Assembly (NCBI RefSeq): GCF_001194135.2
Contig: NC_068990.1
Span: 94,160,913 to 94,224,912, forward strand
Direction of reading: 5' to 3'
DNA from: Octopus bimaculoides
Taxonomy: Eukaryota
Length of the DNA stretch: 64,000 nucleotides
Part shown: positions 11,448 through 24,900 of the stretch, piece by piece
Position numbering within the stretch: the first letter of the stretch is position 1
Layout: every line of letters begins with the position of its first letter
Made by a program: the position numbers and the translations under genes
Notes under the pieces: model-generated
Databases searched by the model: none
The model's input: only the letters and a program-made list of their open reading frames with translations
What the model was told of the DNA's origin: nothing

Positions 11448-12049
11448 AACCTAGAATTTGTATTGTAGAATCAAGGGTGGTTTCAGGTGGATTGGTAGCC
11501 CAAGGTTTATATAAGGTTCAGCAACATCTGATGATCATGACTGGAACATTAATGAACATTTGAAACATGTCCTATGACCATCCCATCTTTTTCCAGTCAT
11601 ATTGTTCATTAGATGTCCATTTGTCGGTTCCATTTTTAATATGGTTTCAAGATTTGGCTACCATCTTAAGCAAGTCAAATGACTGCAGAGAAGAAACACT
11701 TTCACTGGCTCATTCGTTGTAATATCTCTTTAGCAATCTTTAAGGAATTCATTTTCATTTTGTAAATAAATATATTATTTAATGGTTTTGTCGCAATACT
11801 GTACAAGTATTGAGATTTAGGATACCATCTGACAAAGGACCAGCAAGAAGAGCAAAGAAAATCCATCACATGAATATATTTCTTTCTTATCTCACTGATT
11901 AAAATGAACTTGTAAACTTGTTCACTTGAGATTGGAATTGAGTTAGAGGCCAAAGAAAAGAGCATTAATATGTTCTGTGGTAGCAGCTACAAGCTTATTT
12001 TACAAGTTTAAAATTTGCAAAGTAACTGAAATATATAAACATTACTATA

Positions 12050-12620
12050 TGTCACTTCCCAACTCTCCACTTCTACTTCCCTCAATACCCTGCTCATTCA
12101 CTCCCTCCCACCTCTTGCTCTGACTCTCCTATCTCTTCTTGCCCTTCCTTGCTTCAACATCACCCCACCACCACCAAATTGCCTTCTTCCTCTCTCCACT
12201 TCTATTGGTTATCCTCTTCATCCATTCAACCTTTAAATTTCCCTGCATTTGAAATGTTAGATACCAATCTCTCCACCCTGAAGACAGAGATCAGATTTAC
12301 CTAATGTCTATATACTTCCACTACTGGTTGCATGTCCTTAATTTTTTGCGAACTATATCTGCCAACATTACGACATAATTCCGACCCTCCAGAAACAGCT
12401 GTTGAACCTGTAATATCTTACCTCCTCCCCTTAATTTCTTGTGTCTTTGTATTCTGTGTTAGTCTGCTCTGTTAAAATATAAATATCTATATATTTATAC
12501 ATGAATGTTCATTGTCTGACTATTGTCAGTCTTTGTTTTCTCTCTATTTACATGTATATATTTATGTATATTTTATATATCTAGCCCAAGCAGTTTTATT
12601 TGTTTATTTGTATCTTTCTA
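12050..12620 (+). mobile_element. Probable Penelope-like element terminal repeat relic with hammerhead-like core
   Basis: Pyrimidine-rich tract, then ccaatctctccacc-CTGAAGA (12278)...cctcca-GAAA-cagctg-tt (12386-12403); homologous to 38512-38900. Confidence 0.5.
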
Positions 12621-12624
12621 TCTT

Positions 12625-12679
<55 letters not shown>

Positions 12680-13204
12680 AGAAAATCTCAATAAGAGAGC
12701 TGATCTCTTCACCACTTGAAGCCATTTTGGATTTTGGATGGCACTGAAGGAAGCAAACCAAACTAGAATATCATAAGAACAGAACCCTGATTATTAATAC
12801 ACTGAATAAACATGGTCTTATGATAAGAACGTTTCAAGAAAATGCTCAGTTTCAACTATAATGTGAAGCTCAACATATAATAGAATGAGTCTTAACAAGC
12901 TGAGCCTCAATGTGAAGCTCAACACACCATAGAATGCAGATTGTAGTTCAACAACTGCAGATGGAATCAATGAAATGATCATCAAGATCATCCAATAAAA
13001 ATAAAATCTCTTCCCAAAATTTGTCAAAGTAGATTCTAATCTGTGATGTACCTGCATCAATGATTTTAGAACTTGGAGATGTTGAAAGTGTTTCACACCA
13101 CTAAAATACCGCAGTTTTGCAGTTACTATCGATGAAAGATAAATATTAGTGTGTAACAACTGCCAAAATTTCAACCTGATTAATCATCATCTTATCCTCA
13201 TTAC

Positions 13205-13420
13205 AACTTCCACTTTTCATGCTTGAATGGGTCAGACAGAGTTTATTGTGACAGATTTTCTACAACTGGATGCCTTTCCTATCACCAATCCTCACCTCTT
13301 TCCAAGCAAGATAATATTTGCCCCATGGTCAGACATGCTTTTGCAGAATATTGGTAATGAACGACACTGCTTGTATGACAGTGACACTCATCTACAACTA
13401 TTGCACTATGTCAAAACAAA
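13205..13420 (-). mobile_element. SINE with RTE-related tail, 3' part
   Basis: ccacttttcatgcttgaatgggtcagac..ttttctacaactggatgcc..ttccaagcaag..gcttgtatgacagtgac; aligns with 57660-57870. Confidence 0.7.
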
Positions 13421-15039
13421 CATAAATATGCACTTACACACACAGAACGCACAAACATAAACATGCACTTACACACACAGACGTTAAATGATGATGAGGA
13501 TGATCTTTCAATGCATTGAAGTTAAAATTTCTAGGCACTTTTCCATGCAGTTCACTAAAACTCATTAATCTTCAAAGCCATTTATATTTTTGTATTTTTT
13601 TTTTTTAATCTATGAAGAAACTTCATTTGTTTTTTAATAAATTTACACATGATTCTATTTACAACTAAAAGAACGATTTAACAAAAGTTAAGTGTCCTAG
13701 CCATAGACACAGAGCAGTCACCAAAAGGAGGAGAATATTACAAATTAACGCTGTCTGGTAATTCCTTACCCAATCAACTCAACCAGCTAGGACTCTCAAA
13801 AGCATTAGCATTATTAATAGTTTCAGACAGAATATAATGGACAGCTATATTAAGAATAGAGAAGATGCCTGACATTGCTACGTGTGGTAGCATTTGCTCA
13901 AAACCCAATATATTTATATCAGGTTATAAATATAGGAATGAAATGTTTTTCACTTAGATCCAACATCCATAATATAATGCAGCTGCATAAAGATGGTTTG
14001 TGCTAACTTAACAGACTCTATTGAATCTAACCCGAATCTGGACAGTTTCTATGAAAATAAATTGTAAAATGTGAAAAAAAAAACAGTAGTGAAAACATGA
14101 AACAGGAGAGAAGGGGTGATTGATAGAAGGGTAGGTTGTGATAAATCATAAAATCAGGAAAAACTTGTACATAATACGATTACATAAGAAATTATATAAA
14201 TGACTAATTGTTGAAAATAAATATTACTGTGTTACTTAAACCTATAAAACTTATATTGAAGTAAAGTTTTTTCAGTTTAAGTTAGCATATTAGTGACAAC
14301 AGCCATTGCGTTAATGTCACTAAGCTAAGGTTTGATATTGTTTCCAGTGTTTTTTTTTGTTGCTCCAAAAAGACACCTGAACAATCTCAGAGTTAAATGA
14401 TTGATGGAAGGAAATGAAACGGTAACTGTTCCACCAAGTCACATGTATATATATTCTGTGTTCTGCTTGAAGCTACCTTAATCACCAGGGCATGGGAAAT
14501 TACATGTTAAATGTTTATTTATATACAGATATTTTAGTGCACTTATATAAAACGAATATTGTTTTTGATATATTCACAATCAACAAAACAATGATGTTTG
14601 CCTAATATATTTAATATTAAGATTTCTTAAAATCCATGTTGTTTATGTACATTGGTACATTTTGTTGCATCTTTTTATCTTCCGAGTTAGAATCCTAACA
14701 GAGTTAACTTTGCTTTTCATCCTTGTTGGGCAGGTATTAATAAGTATAAATCAAGGAATGAAATTGAAAAGAAAAATGAGAAAGGTTCTCAGTGTAAAAA
14801 ATTTCACTCCCACCAAAGCTGAGAAATGAATTCATTGAAAACCATAGAGGAAGGATTGGGTCACAGTTACTGATGATACAAAATTTCAGAATGATTTAAA
14901 TGTGGTGGGAAAGTTTTTTTACCAGGCATATCTGTGTGGTTCACTTCCCAAGTTGGGCTGTCGACTGCTTTCTATGCAGCCATTGTTCCTAGTTTTAGTC
15001 TCACTGGGTTTTATTGTGTCTTCTACTATGACTCTCAAT

Positions 15040-15088
15040 AGGGCCATAGTGAGTGGATTTCGGAGATGGAAACTGACAGAAGCCCATG

Positions 15089-15123
<35 letters not shown>

Positions 15124-15195
15124 GCACATACATATATAACAGTGGGATTCTTTCAGTTTCCATCAAACAAATTCACTCACAAGGCTTTTGATATG
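15040..15195. repeat. Inverted pair of SINE fragments around a (CA)n microsatellite
   Basis: gtgagtggatttcggagatggaaactgacagaagccc (15050-86) versus gggattctttcagtttccatcaaacaaattcactcac (15144-80). Confidence 0.75.
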
Positions 15196-16383
15196 AGAAA
15201 AGCCTACAACTTTCAACGCCAATAAATAATTATTGATCCTAAACATTGCTTTTTTTTTTTTACCACAGATTGCTTGAAGCTTACAAACTTCCTACACTTA
15301 TATCCTTGAATCTTACTATTACATATTGATAATATATATATATATATATATATANNNNNNNNNNNNNNNNNNNNNNNNNNNNNNNNNNNNNNNNNNNNNN
15401 NNNNNNNNNNNNNNNNNNNNNNNNNNNNNNNNNNNNNNNNNNNNNNNNNNNNNNNNNNNNNNNNNNNNNNNNNNNNNNNNNNNNNNNNNNNNNNNNNNNN
15501 NNNNNNNNNNNNNNNNNNNNNNNNNNNNNNNNNNNNNNNNNNNNNNNNNNNNNNNNNNNNNNNNNNNNNNNNNNNNNNNNNNNNNNNNNNNNNNNNNNNN
15601 NNNNNNNNNNNNNNNNNNNNNNNNNNNNNNNNNNNNNNNNNNNNNNNNNNNNNNNNNNNNNNNNNNNNNNNNNNNNNNNNNNNNNNNNNNNNNNNNNNNN
15701 NNNNNNNNNNNNNNNNNNNNNNNNNNNNNNNNNNNNNNNNNNNNNNNNNNNNNNNNNNNNNNNNNNNNNNNNNNNNNNNNNNNNNNNNNNNNNNNNNNNN
15801 NNNNNNNNNNNNNNNNNNNNNNNNNNNNTGGTGGTGGTGGTGGTGGTGGTGGTGGTGGTGGTGGTGGTGAGGAATCATGTAACGAAAAGCAAATTAAAGT
15901 AAATCTCTACAAATAGTCACTAAGTTGATATTATAATGAATATGAAAATGACTGGTGTTTACGGCAAAGGTAGAGGAACAACCATTAGAATTAGTGGCAA
16001 GTGTCTAACAGAAGTTGAACTGCTGCAAGTAGAACTGTATATGCCAGCCCCTGGTTGCCATGGTGCAATGACCAAGAATATCAGCAACCACAAGACCACT
16101 TCACTGCATTTAATCAAAGACGTTTTCCTCTCAACAAGCAAGTTGCTGTTATTTAGAAAAGCCATCCCTCGAGCAACAAGTGTGTGTGTGTGAGAGAGAG
16201 AGCGTGTATGTGTGTGTGAGTGTGAGCATATATGTGTGTGTGTGAGAGCATGTATGTGTGTACATGTGGGACTACAATACAAATGTTTCAGAGAAATAGA
16301 AATATACTGGATTTACTTGCCATTAGTTAAGCTGCCATTAAATAAAAGATTTAACCTACATATATATATGTGTGTATGTACCC

Positions 16384-16461
<78 letters not shown>

Positions 16462-16538
16462 GGAGAGAGAGGGAGAGAGAGAGAAGATATTTCTATTGGT
16501 GTGGAATAAAATAACTTTGTTTTCTATGTGTGTGTATG

Positions 16539-16589
<51 letters not shown>

Positions 16590-17565
16590 ATGTATGTATG
16601 TATGTATGTATGTATGTATGTATGTNNNNNNNNNNNNNNNNNNNNNNNNNNNNNNNNNNNNNNNNNNNNNNNNNNNNNNNNNNNNNNNNNNNNNNNNNNN
16701 NNNNNNNNNNNNNNNNNNNNNNNNNNNNNNNNNNNNNNNNNNNNNNNNNNNNNNNNNNNNNNNNNNNNNNNNNNNNNNNNNNNNNNNNNNNNNNNNNNNN
16801 NNNNNNNNNNNNNNNNNNNNNNNNNNNNNNNNNNNNNNNNNNNNNNNNNNNNNNNNNNNNNNNNNNNNNNNNNNNNNNNNNNNNNNNNNNNNNNNNNNNN
16901 NNNNNNNNNNNNNNNNNNNNNNNNNNNNNNNNNNNNNNNNNNNNNNNNNNNNNNNNNNNNNNNNNNNNNNNNNNNNNNNNNNNNNNNNNNNNNNNNNNNN
17001 NNNNNNNNNNNNNNNNNNNNNNNNNNNNNNNNNNNNNNNNNNNNNNNNNNNNNNNNNNNNNNNNNNNNNNNNNNNNNNNNNNNNNNNNNNNNNNNNNNNN
17101 NNNNNNNNNNNNNNNNNNNNNNNNNNNNNNNNNNNNNNNNNNNNNNNNNNNNNNNNNNNNNNNNNNNNNNNNNNNNNNNNNNNNNNNNNNNNNNNNNNNN
17201 NNNNNNNNNNNNNNNNNNNNNNNNNNNNNNNNNNNNNNNNNNNNNNNNNNNNNNNNNNNNNNNNNNNNNNNNNNNNNNNNNNNNNNNNNNNNNNNNNNNN
17301 NNNNNNNNNNNNNNNNNNNNNNNNNNNNNNNNNNNNNNNNNNNNNNNNNNNNNNNNNNNNNNNNNNNNNNNNNNNNNNNNNNNNNNNNNNNNNNNNNNNN
17401 NNNNNNNNNNNNNNNNNNNNNNNNNNNNNNNNNNNNNNNNNNNNNNNNNNNNNNNNNNNNNNNNNNNNNNNNNNNNNNNNNNNNNNNNNNNNNNNNNNNN
17501 NNNNNNNNNNNNNNNNNNNNNNNNNNNNNNNNNNNNNNNNNNNNNNNNNNNNNNNNNNNNNNNNN

Positions 17566-17602
<37 letters not shown>

Positions 17603-17639
17603 GCTATGATTATAAACAGGGCAAATTTTAGCCATTTCT

Positions 17640-18116
17640 CCACAGACTGAAAAAATGCGGAGGAGACTGGTGGCTGCCTTACATTTTATAACGATGGTTA
17701 AAAGTAACTGGACAGAAAGACAAAGATGATGGTGATGAGCTATTAGGACATACTCTCAAGGTATGGGTAGGTGGGAAGGTGTTCGTTAAGATATACAGAA
17801 ATGGAAAGGAAAGTTGGGAAGAAGATATAATAAGTAAACATTTAGAAAAAATGACGTAAATGGTAAAAGGTCAAACGTGGGAACACAAAAGACATTTAAA
17901 CCAAAAAGTTTACGGAAGAAAGAATAAGACATGAAGAACCAATGGAATTTCTTTATGAGATTTTTGACATCCCAGTACCTCAAGGAATGGTTGAACCAAT
18001 GAGTACATCAACTAGGAAAAGAAAACAAACAGAACTTTTGCAAGCAAAGCTAAAACGAAAAAATATTTCAATTTCTTCCCAGGGAACTAAGTAAAAAAAA
18101 TAGTTAAGGGTAGAGG
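17640..18116 (+). mobile_element. Gypsy LTR-retrotransposon relic: pol (post-integrase) C-terminus and possible polypurine tract
   Basis: From 17767: VGGKVFVKIYRNGKESWEEDIISKHLEKMT*MVKGQTWEHKRHLNQ, which fits the Gypsy pattern V.VR.Y..G..W..G.I....G...Y.V.....KRH.NQ. Purine tract aagggtagagg followed by TG at 18106-18118. Confidence 0.65.
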
Positions 18117-18429
18117 TGGTAATGAATATATAATAAATAAAAGAAAAATATTGACTTCCAAGGAAAGTCAAACTCAGAAAAGGGAGATGGTGATTTCTCA
18201 TTATATACTAAAAGGCAGCTGTATCAAAGATCTTTGCTATTCCAGCAAATACTTTTACAAAGCTTCTGAATACTATGGCCAGATGGAAGAAGGTTGTGTT
18301 AATATATATCAGCCAATTGTTTGGTTTGAGAAAGTTTTATGCAACTTTGTGCTGTGGTTCAGCATCACATCTAAACAATTTTTTGTTGTTGCTGTCAGAT
18401 TTCTCTCAGCATATTGTAATCCTAAGCCT

Positions 18430-18698
18430 AAAGGATGAGCTGAGGATAATAATATGCAGTTTAATGCTGAAAAATTCCAAGCCCTGTGCTACCAGTGTCT
18501 AAAACTGAATATGAAACTTACAGGGTACACTGATGCACAGGGGATTACAATCCCAGAGCCTAAATCAGTGAGGGACCTGGGTATCAACATGAATGATGAT
18601 ACCTCTTTCCAAGTGCACATTACCAGGATGGTGACAAAGTGCAGACAACTGGCTGGATGGATCCTGAGAACATTCAGAACCAGAGATAAAGAAACCAT
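18430..18698 (+). mobile_element. CR1/L2-group LINE reverse transcriptase C-terminal fragment
   Basis: NNMQFNAEKFQAL...SVRDLGINMNDDTSFQVHITRMVTKCRQLAGWILRTFRTRD; FN..KF, DLG, F..HI and GWILRTF motifs. Confidence 0.85.
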
Positions 18699-19575
18699 AT
18701 AAATACACACGTACAGGCATATGAATAAATCTGCAAAAGAACATAAATACATTTTAAGCTCTTCAGAAATTGCAATGACCTGAATATGCAATAGAGATAA
18801 CAGAATATAGAAATATAAATATGAATAATTGACTTGCATATCTTGTTCAAAGTATTTAGACATAAACTAGAACACTATGTGTATGTGTTTACTTACACAG
18901 ATTTATAAAACATTATAGTTTAACATAGGCTTTATGGTACCTAAATATCCCTACCCTTCCACCAGCCACAATGATTCTATGGTTCTATATTTCGTTCATT
19001 TTACAACAACATTCTTTCGTAGGTAAGATGCTAATCTCTCTTAATTATCAAGATGGAGTTACCCATACTAAAGTTTGTATATATTTTCTGACCAAAAGTT
19101 TGATGGTATGTATGCTGAAAATAAGCTTTTTTTCCTAACTACTGATAACTTTTTGTGTTAGAACTTATCTCTGTAACCATGGAATTATGAAAATCAAAGA
19201 ACTCATTGTTGAACAGGAAAATGGACAAAAAAAAAGAAAAACAGTAAAAAAGAAAAATTACAGTTTTCTTTCTTTTATCAATTTCGTGACTTGGTGAAGT
19301 GAAATAATTGGAGTAAAAACGTTGGGCAGTGATACATTAATGCAGAGCCAACAAACATGGATGTGTAATGCATATTATGTTGTAAGTGCAACACTTTCAC
19401 AGACACTGCCAATGCAACTTCAAACCAATCAGTCTAACAGCAGTAATCAAGATGTATTTAATTACATTTCATGTTAGAATTATCAACATTCCATTAAGTT
19501 CTTTTTTTTTTCCTTTTCCTTTTCCTTCTCTCACAAAGACAGCAGCTACCCCACCCCACACCCCGGATCTGTTAC

Positions 19576-19671
19576 CCTTTCATTGTCCCAAAGGAATCTA
19601 TTTCCTTTCTTAGGTCAGTAAATATACTCAAGTTCAGGTGTTTGTCACCCAGTGACACTGCTGGGGGCAAG
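19576..19671 (-). CDS. Candidate 96-nt phase 2/2 exon (LPPAVSLGDKHLNLSIFTDLRKEIDSFGTMK)
   Basis: Acceptor ggattacag, donor agg|gtaaca; the frame is open only between these sites, with a stop immediately after the donor. No homology recognised. Confidence 0.3.
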
Positions 19672-19836
19672 CTGTAATCCAAGCCCAAAAGTTATTGAAT
19701 TACAGAGCCAAAGTTCATGAGTTCAAGTCATACATCAGTCTTAGAACAAATGGTATTGAAAATCTTTACTTAATCAGAACTGAAAGACAGACATACAATG
19801 ATGAGGAGGACAGGAAATAATGAGCTTCAAATGAAC

Positions 19837-19837
<1 letters not shown>

Positions 19838-19892
<55 letters not shown>
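19838..19892. repeat. (ATT)n microsatellite; representative of dozens of TA, CA, AG, GAT, GGT and TATG tracts (e.g. 12635-12676, 15829-15869, 16583-16625, 30270-30338, 46627-46740, 62420-62515, 63925-64000)
   Basis: Directly visible. Confidence 0.98.
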
Positions 19893-19893
<1 letters not shown>

Positions 19894-20257
19894 AGTTATT
19901 ATCTCAATGATGATGATGATGATGATAATTTTTTATTTAAGCACAAAGACATATATTTGTAGGAGTGAGGAGGGGCAACTGAACCGTCCTTAATTAATAG
20001 TTTTATCAAGCAAAAGAGGAATTAAGGGTAAAAAAAAAAGCCCCAACAAAATACAAAGCCCAGAGAACAACTTTAGAATTGAAGACTGTAAAATAGTTTG
20101 TTCAGTGTTTTTACTTTTCCTGCCATAACTACCACCCTTGATAATGTTGATGATGAGGATGCTGGTGATGATGACGACGATGGCTGCAGTGGTAGTGACA
20201 GTGGTGACATTGATGGTGGCAGCGGTGGGGATGATAATAGTTGTGGTAATAGTAGTG

Positions 20258-20288
<31 letters not shown>

Positions 20289-20459
20289 CAATGGTGATAC
20301 TAAATTCAGATGACAATTTCTGCTTGTAAATGAATCTTCAGAAGCCAGGTAGATTTCACAGCAAGCTTATAATCCGTTTGGTCAATCGAAAGATTTAGTT
20401 TGCAGCTCTTAAGACCGGAAACAGTCATACTGCAAAATAAATAAAGTGATATTATTTCT

Positions 20460-20895
20460 CATTTTGGCAAAAGGCGAGTAATTTTTAGAGGGAGTTTATT
20501 AGTTGCTTATGTTGACCCCAGTGTTTAACTGGCCCTTATTCTATTGACCCTGTAAGGACAAAAGCTAAAATCAACCTCAGCCGAATTTGAACTCATAATG
20601 TAAAGAGCTGATCCCCTTTCCATCCTACTCAGCAAAGTAAACTGTGAGTTTGCATCAAATAATAATTATAAGAATAATAGTTTCAAATGTTGGCACAAGG
20701 CCAGCAATTTTCGGAGTGGCGGTGTGGGGTAGTCAATTTCATCAACCCCAGTATTTGACTGGTACTTTATTTTATTGACTCTGAAAGGATGAAAGGCAAA
20801 GTTGACCTTGGCAGAATTTGAACTCAGAACATAAAGAGAAGTGAAATGCTGTTAAGCATTTTGCCCAACATGCTAATGACTCTGCCAGCGCACCA
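20460..20895 (-). mobile_element. Two tandem tRNA-derived SINE copies
   Basis: ggtactt..ttattgactctgaaaggatgaaaggcaaagttgaccttggcagaatttgaactcagaac (B-box gagttcaaat on the minus strand) occurs twice. Confidence 0.8.
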
Positions 20896-21889
20896 TAAAC
20901 TGAGCCTTCATTTTTAGATTGTAAAGATACTCTCATGTTTCATCTCCTGTCACCAGACTGGGGAAAAAATGCATTCTCATTGGTTACAAATGACTCCAGC
21001 TGGTCAGCACAAACTTCCACTTCCCTCTTTTGTAGCCTTCTATGTATGTTGGACAACCTGCACCCTCCCCACTTCATCAAAAATTTGATAATGGTATATT
21101 GCTTCTGTTTTATGCCTGCAATGAAGAAGCAGAGGAAGAAGAGTTACTGAAGAGGAGGGGGAGCTGGTCTGCTAACATAAGCAATTTATGTGACCTCTGG
21201 CTGGTAATGAAAAAATTATGCCTACTTTTGCATTTTGGCACAATCTCTGTAATAGTCATGCCGTTACTTCACTTTTCCTTTAACAAATAAACTTTTGTTT
21301 GAAGATAGCAAAAATTAAATACAGAGGCCTAGCATTGGAATGTTCATACAACTTCTTTCCTCTTCAAGCAAAGACATAGAATGATAGTTCCTACAAGAAC
21401 AGGCACCACAAAGAGGAACCATTTTCTGGATTAAGAATAAAACAATTAGAAATAAAAGAAACAGAAAAAAAGTTCAGGAATTCAGTAAAAAAAAATTGGA
21501 TACCTATTATTATTATATTCTCAGCTAAATAAAAAGGGAATATTAGGACCAGTTCACCTGATATAAACCTAGTGATATGATCCTAATACTGTGCACAACA
21601 CCGGATATAAATCTGATATAGGCAAACCTTATCACATGCGTTGACTCCATTATTCCACAAGTAGTTAGAAAACCCCGAAACAAAGAAACACATATAAAGG
21701 TTTTGATTGTATTGGAAAGCAGTGGACAAGACACACATTAATGATATCAAGAGTAATCATAATCTGTGAAAAGAAAGTGGAATCAACAACGGTCAAACAG
21801 AAATCTGTCTCTCATATTTGGAAGGAAAACATTTTATACAAGCATCATAAAGTAAATAATTTAAATTCAATTCAATGCTTATCATTAAA

Positions 21890-21925
<36 letters not shown>

Positions 21926-24900
21926 GACATGCATGCACATACATACATATGTATATATATATATATATATGCACACACATACATACGTACATACAAACAT
22001 ATGTATATATATATATATATATGCACACACATACATACGNNNNNNNNNNNNNNNNNNNNNNNNNNNNNNNNNNNNNNNNNNNNNNNNNNNNNNNNNNNNN
22101 NNNNNNNNNNNNNNNNNNNNNNNNNNNNNNNNNNNNNNNNNNNNNNNNNNNNNNNNNNNNNNNNNNNNNNNNNNNNNNNNNNNNNNNNNNNNNNNNNNNN
22201 NNNNNNNNNNNNNNNNNNNNNNNNNNNNNNNNNNNNNNNNNNNNNNNNNNNNNNNNNNNNNNNNNNNNNNNNNNNNNNNNNNNNNATATATTTGTATGTA
22301 ATATCACATACACATAATAAATATACATACACACACATGCCTACATATATGTATACACTCATACACATACACAAATATATATAACTTTGGAAGATTTGAA
22401 TTCAGAGTGGAATAAAGTAAAGATAGCACAAGTAATCCAGAGAAGTGCAAAGGGATTGGGTGGGTGGGTGCTCTGGTGGGGGTCTTTTTCTTTTTCTTCA
22501 AAGAGAGCCATGAATGAAACTAGCTTTTCTTCAAAATAACACAGTTCAATTATACAGAAACTTAGAAATTGAGATTTTTGCAGCATAATAAATGAATGGA
22601 TGACATAAAGTAGAAGGTAAATGGCAAAGTCAATCTAAACTACAGAATTAATACTGATTTGTGTGTCTGAGTTCCAGTAATACTTTTGAAATTGAAACAG
22701 TTTAACACAATATTGTAATATTTCACTGGGTTTTCATTTGATGTTGCTGACCAAACTGATAATTATTACAAACTTGTGTTTATATTTGCACAAAGAGAAA
22801 AAAAACCCTGAAAAGAGTGAAATTAAAAGAATCCCCATCATTTTTGTTAACGTCTGTACTATCAATTAGTTTTGTCATCATCAGCAGCAGCACTACAATC
22901 ATTACCAGCAGTGCTGCTGCTGCTGCTGCCATCATTGTCCTCCTTCCCATCATCATCATCACTATTATTGTTATTTTAGAAACTTAGAAAGCTAAAAACA
23001 CAAACCATGCTTAATTACTCTGATAATGAACTGGTACTTAATGCTTATTTCTCTAAGATTAAAAGCAATTGGTAAGGAGCAACGGGCTGAGAAAATATTT
23101 ATAAAAACTTGATGCAAATTTAGTGAATATTAAATAAATTTAATATGAATAAATGAGCAAGTTGAGTGGATTTTAGAAAATATAATTTAGGATTAGGGAT
23201 GGGATCAATTTTTATCAAGGCAATCTGATATTATTGGTCTATAAGCTATGAAAGTCCTCTGAGAGGCCAAAGGTAAAGTCAACAGGCAGAATTTAATAAT
23301 TAGAATACAAAAAGGGACAAATGAAATACTACAACGTACACTCAACTCATATTCTGCCAGTGTAAGGTATTGAAGGCAGTTCCGGTTGATCCCTAACACT
23401 ATCCTTCTTCTTGACAGTAGATGCAGAGTTATAATGAGAATAGATAATACCTGTTGATGACATTATTTGAAATAGCAGGTAAGAGGGGAAACTTGATACA
23501 AGAAATATTTAGATAATATTTTAAGATGAAAAGTCTTCCTATGTAAAATGATCAATGGAAAGAAATTATTACACAGACCCATCTAAAATGTCTAGTATGA
23601 AGTAAACATATTTTAAAACTGATAAAGATGTACATGGGGTGATGTGAAAATTGAATGAAAATGGTTTCAGATGGAAGAAGTTGTGAGAGAAAAGAAGACA
23701 GGTGACAAGAAAATCGAGGATATGTTGAATGTTGCTGGTAAATGGTATGTTTAGAAATGATTAAAAAAAGAAATGGCTACTCTAAAGTAATTCAAGAAAA
23801 TAACTAGAATCAGAGCTATCAAGTAATATGGTGGCAAAACCCATATAAATGGGATTGAAAGAGATATAAATGAAAATGCATTATGTTTTATTACATAAGC
23901 ATAATGCCTGAGAATATTAAGAGAGTTGAAATCAGAATTATGATCTTTATACGTTTCTCATGAGAGAAGTATAGTGACTGAACTTGAAATTAGAAAGATG
24001 GTTTATGAAGACTTACCACTAAATTATTGTATAGATGCACACACAAAAAGAACTGTTTTGTAATGACAATTTTGATGATAAGGATAATAATTCAAACCCA
24101 AACAATGAGAATAGCCAAAACAATTCATAATACATTTAGGATAATAATGATTTGTTTAATAGCCATGGAGCCTCAGACAAAGTAGAATTATCTTACTTCA
24201 GAACACAATACAATACTTGTAGCAAGATACATTTAATATAATGATTGCTTTTACTGAGGCACAAAAATCTCTTCTTTATAAAAAAAAAAAAGAAAAAGAA
24301 AATATTGTAGTCAAATTGCACACTGTATAAAACTGGTATTTATTTTCTAACTAGAGATGAAAAGAAAAGTATTTTACTTATCAACTGTAGAAGAATAAAG
24401 TGTAGAACTAGTCTAGAGGAGAAATTGAAATTGAGAATTGAAACTAAACATAAAGCACATGAGATTGATAAAGAAAGCAAACCAGACTGTCTCTACTGCA
24501 TTTTAGTTCAATAATGGCTTCTTAAGTAGTTTATTTAAATTGTCTCAAAGAACATAAGAAACTTGACTCGGTCACATGTAAAATATTTCATTTGGAAACT
24601 GATGGAAATCCTGTATTAACTGATAAATAACACAACATACACCTCCACTCGCTCACCTCAAAAAGACTAACTTTCATAATTCAAAAATTAGAGAAAGAAA
24701 TAGGAAGACAAATGAAAATCAACAAATTGATAAGACATAGAATTTTTTTTTTCTTAAATCACTTAAATTAACAACAATTCACAATGAACTTGGTTGCCAT
24801 CATCATCATCAGCAGCAGCTGCAGCAGCAGCAGCAATAACAACCACCATAACTGACACCACCCTAGATACATCAATGTATTCAGCAATAAACCCTAACAA

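Noticed and set aside
11528-11580. Third hammerhead: CTGATGA...GAAACATGTC with palindromic acatgt and a GUC triplet
   Set aside because: No stem II closes next to GAAA (6 unpaired nt intervene) and stem I does not pair adjacent to the core.
15936-16282. ORFs open on both strands
   Set aside because: About 80 codons partly in microsatellite, with no recognisable domain or clear splice pair.
16351-17650. Long ORFs of 355-430 aa (also 6023-6685, 15213-15916, 21741-22384, 29838-30179)
   Set aside because: They run through N-gaps and microsatellites; X and YI repeats are not coding evidence.
20098-20329. Acidic/Gly-rich ORF (DDEDAGDDDD...)
   Set aside because: Degenerate GAT/GGT trinucleotide tract like those at 22870-22970, 38374-38480 and 62420-62540; no splice or homology support.
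21558-21763. Exon-like segment with strong acceptor and donor on the minus strand (similarly 23417-23477 on the plus strand)
   Set aside because: Stops occur in all three frames; could only be a non-coding or terminal exon, and there is no evidence to call it.
23340-24250. Purine-rich tract suggestive of a decayed retrotransposon ORF (similarly 3480-4100 and 7380-7700)
   Set aside because: No diagnostic motif could be recovered in any frame by eye.
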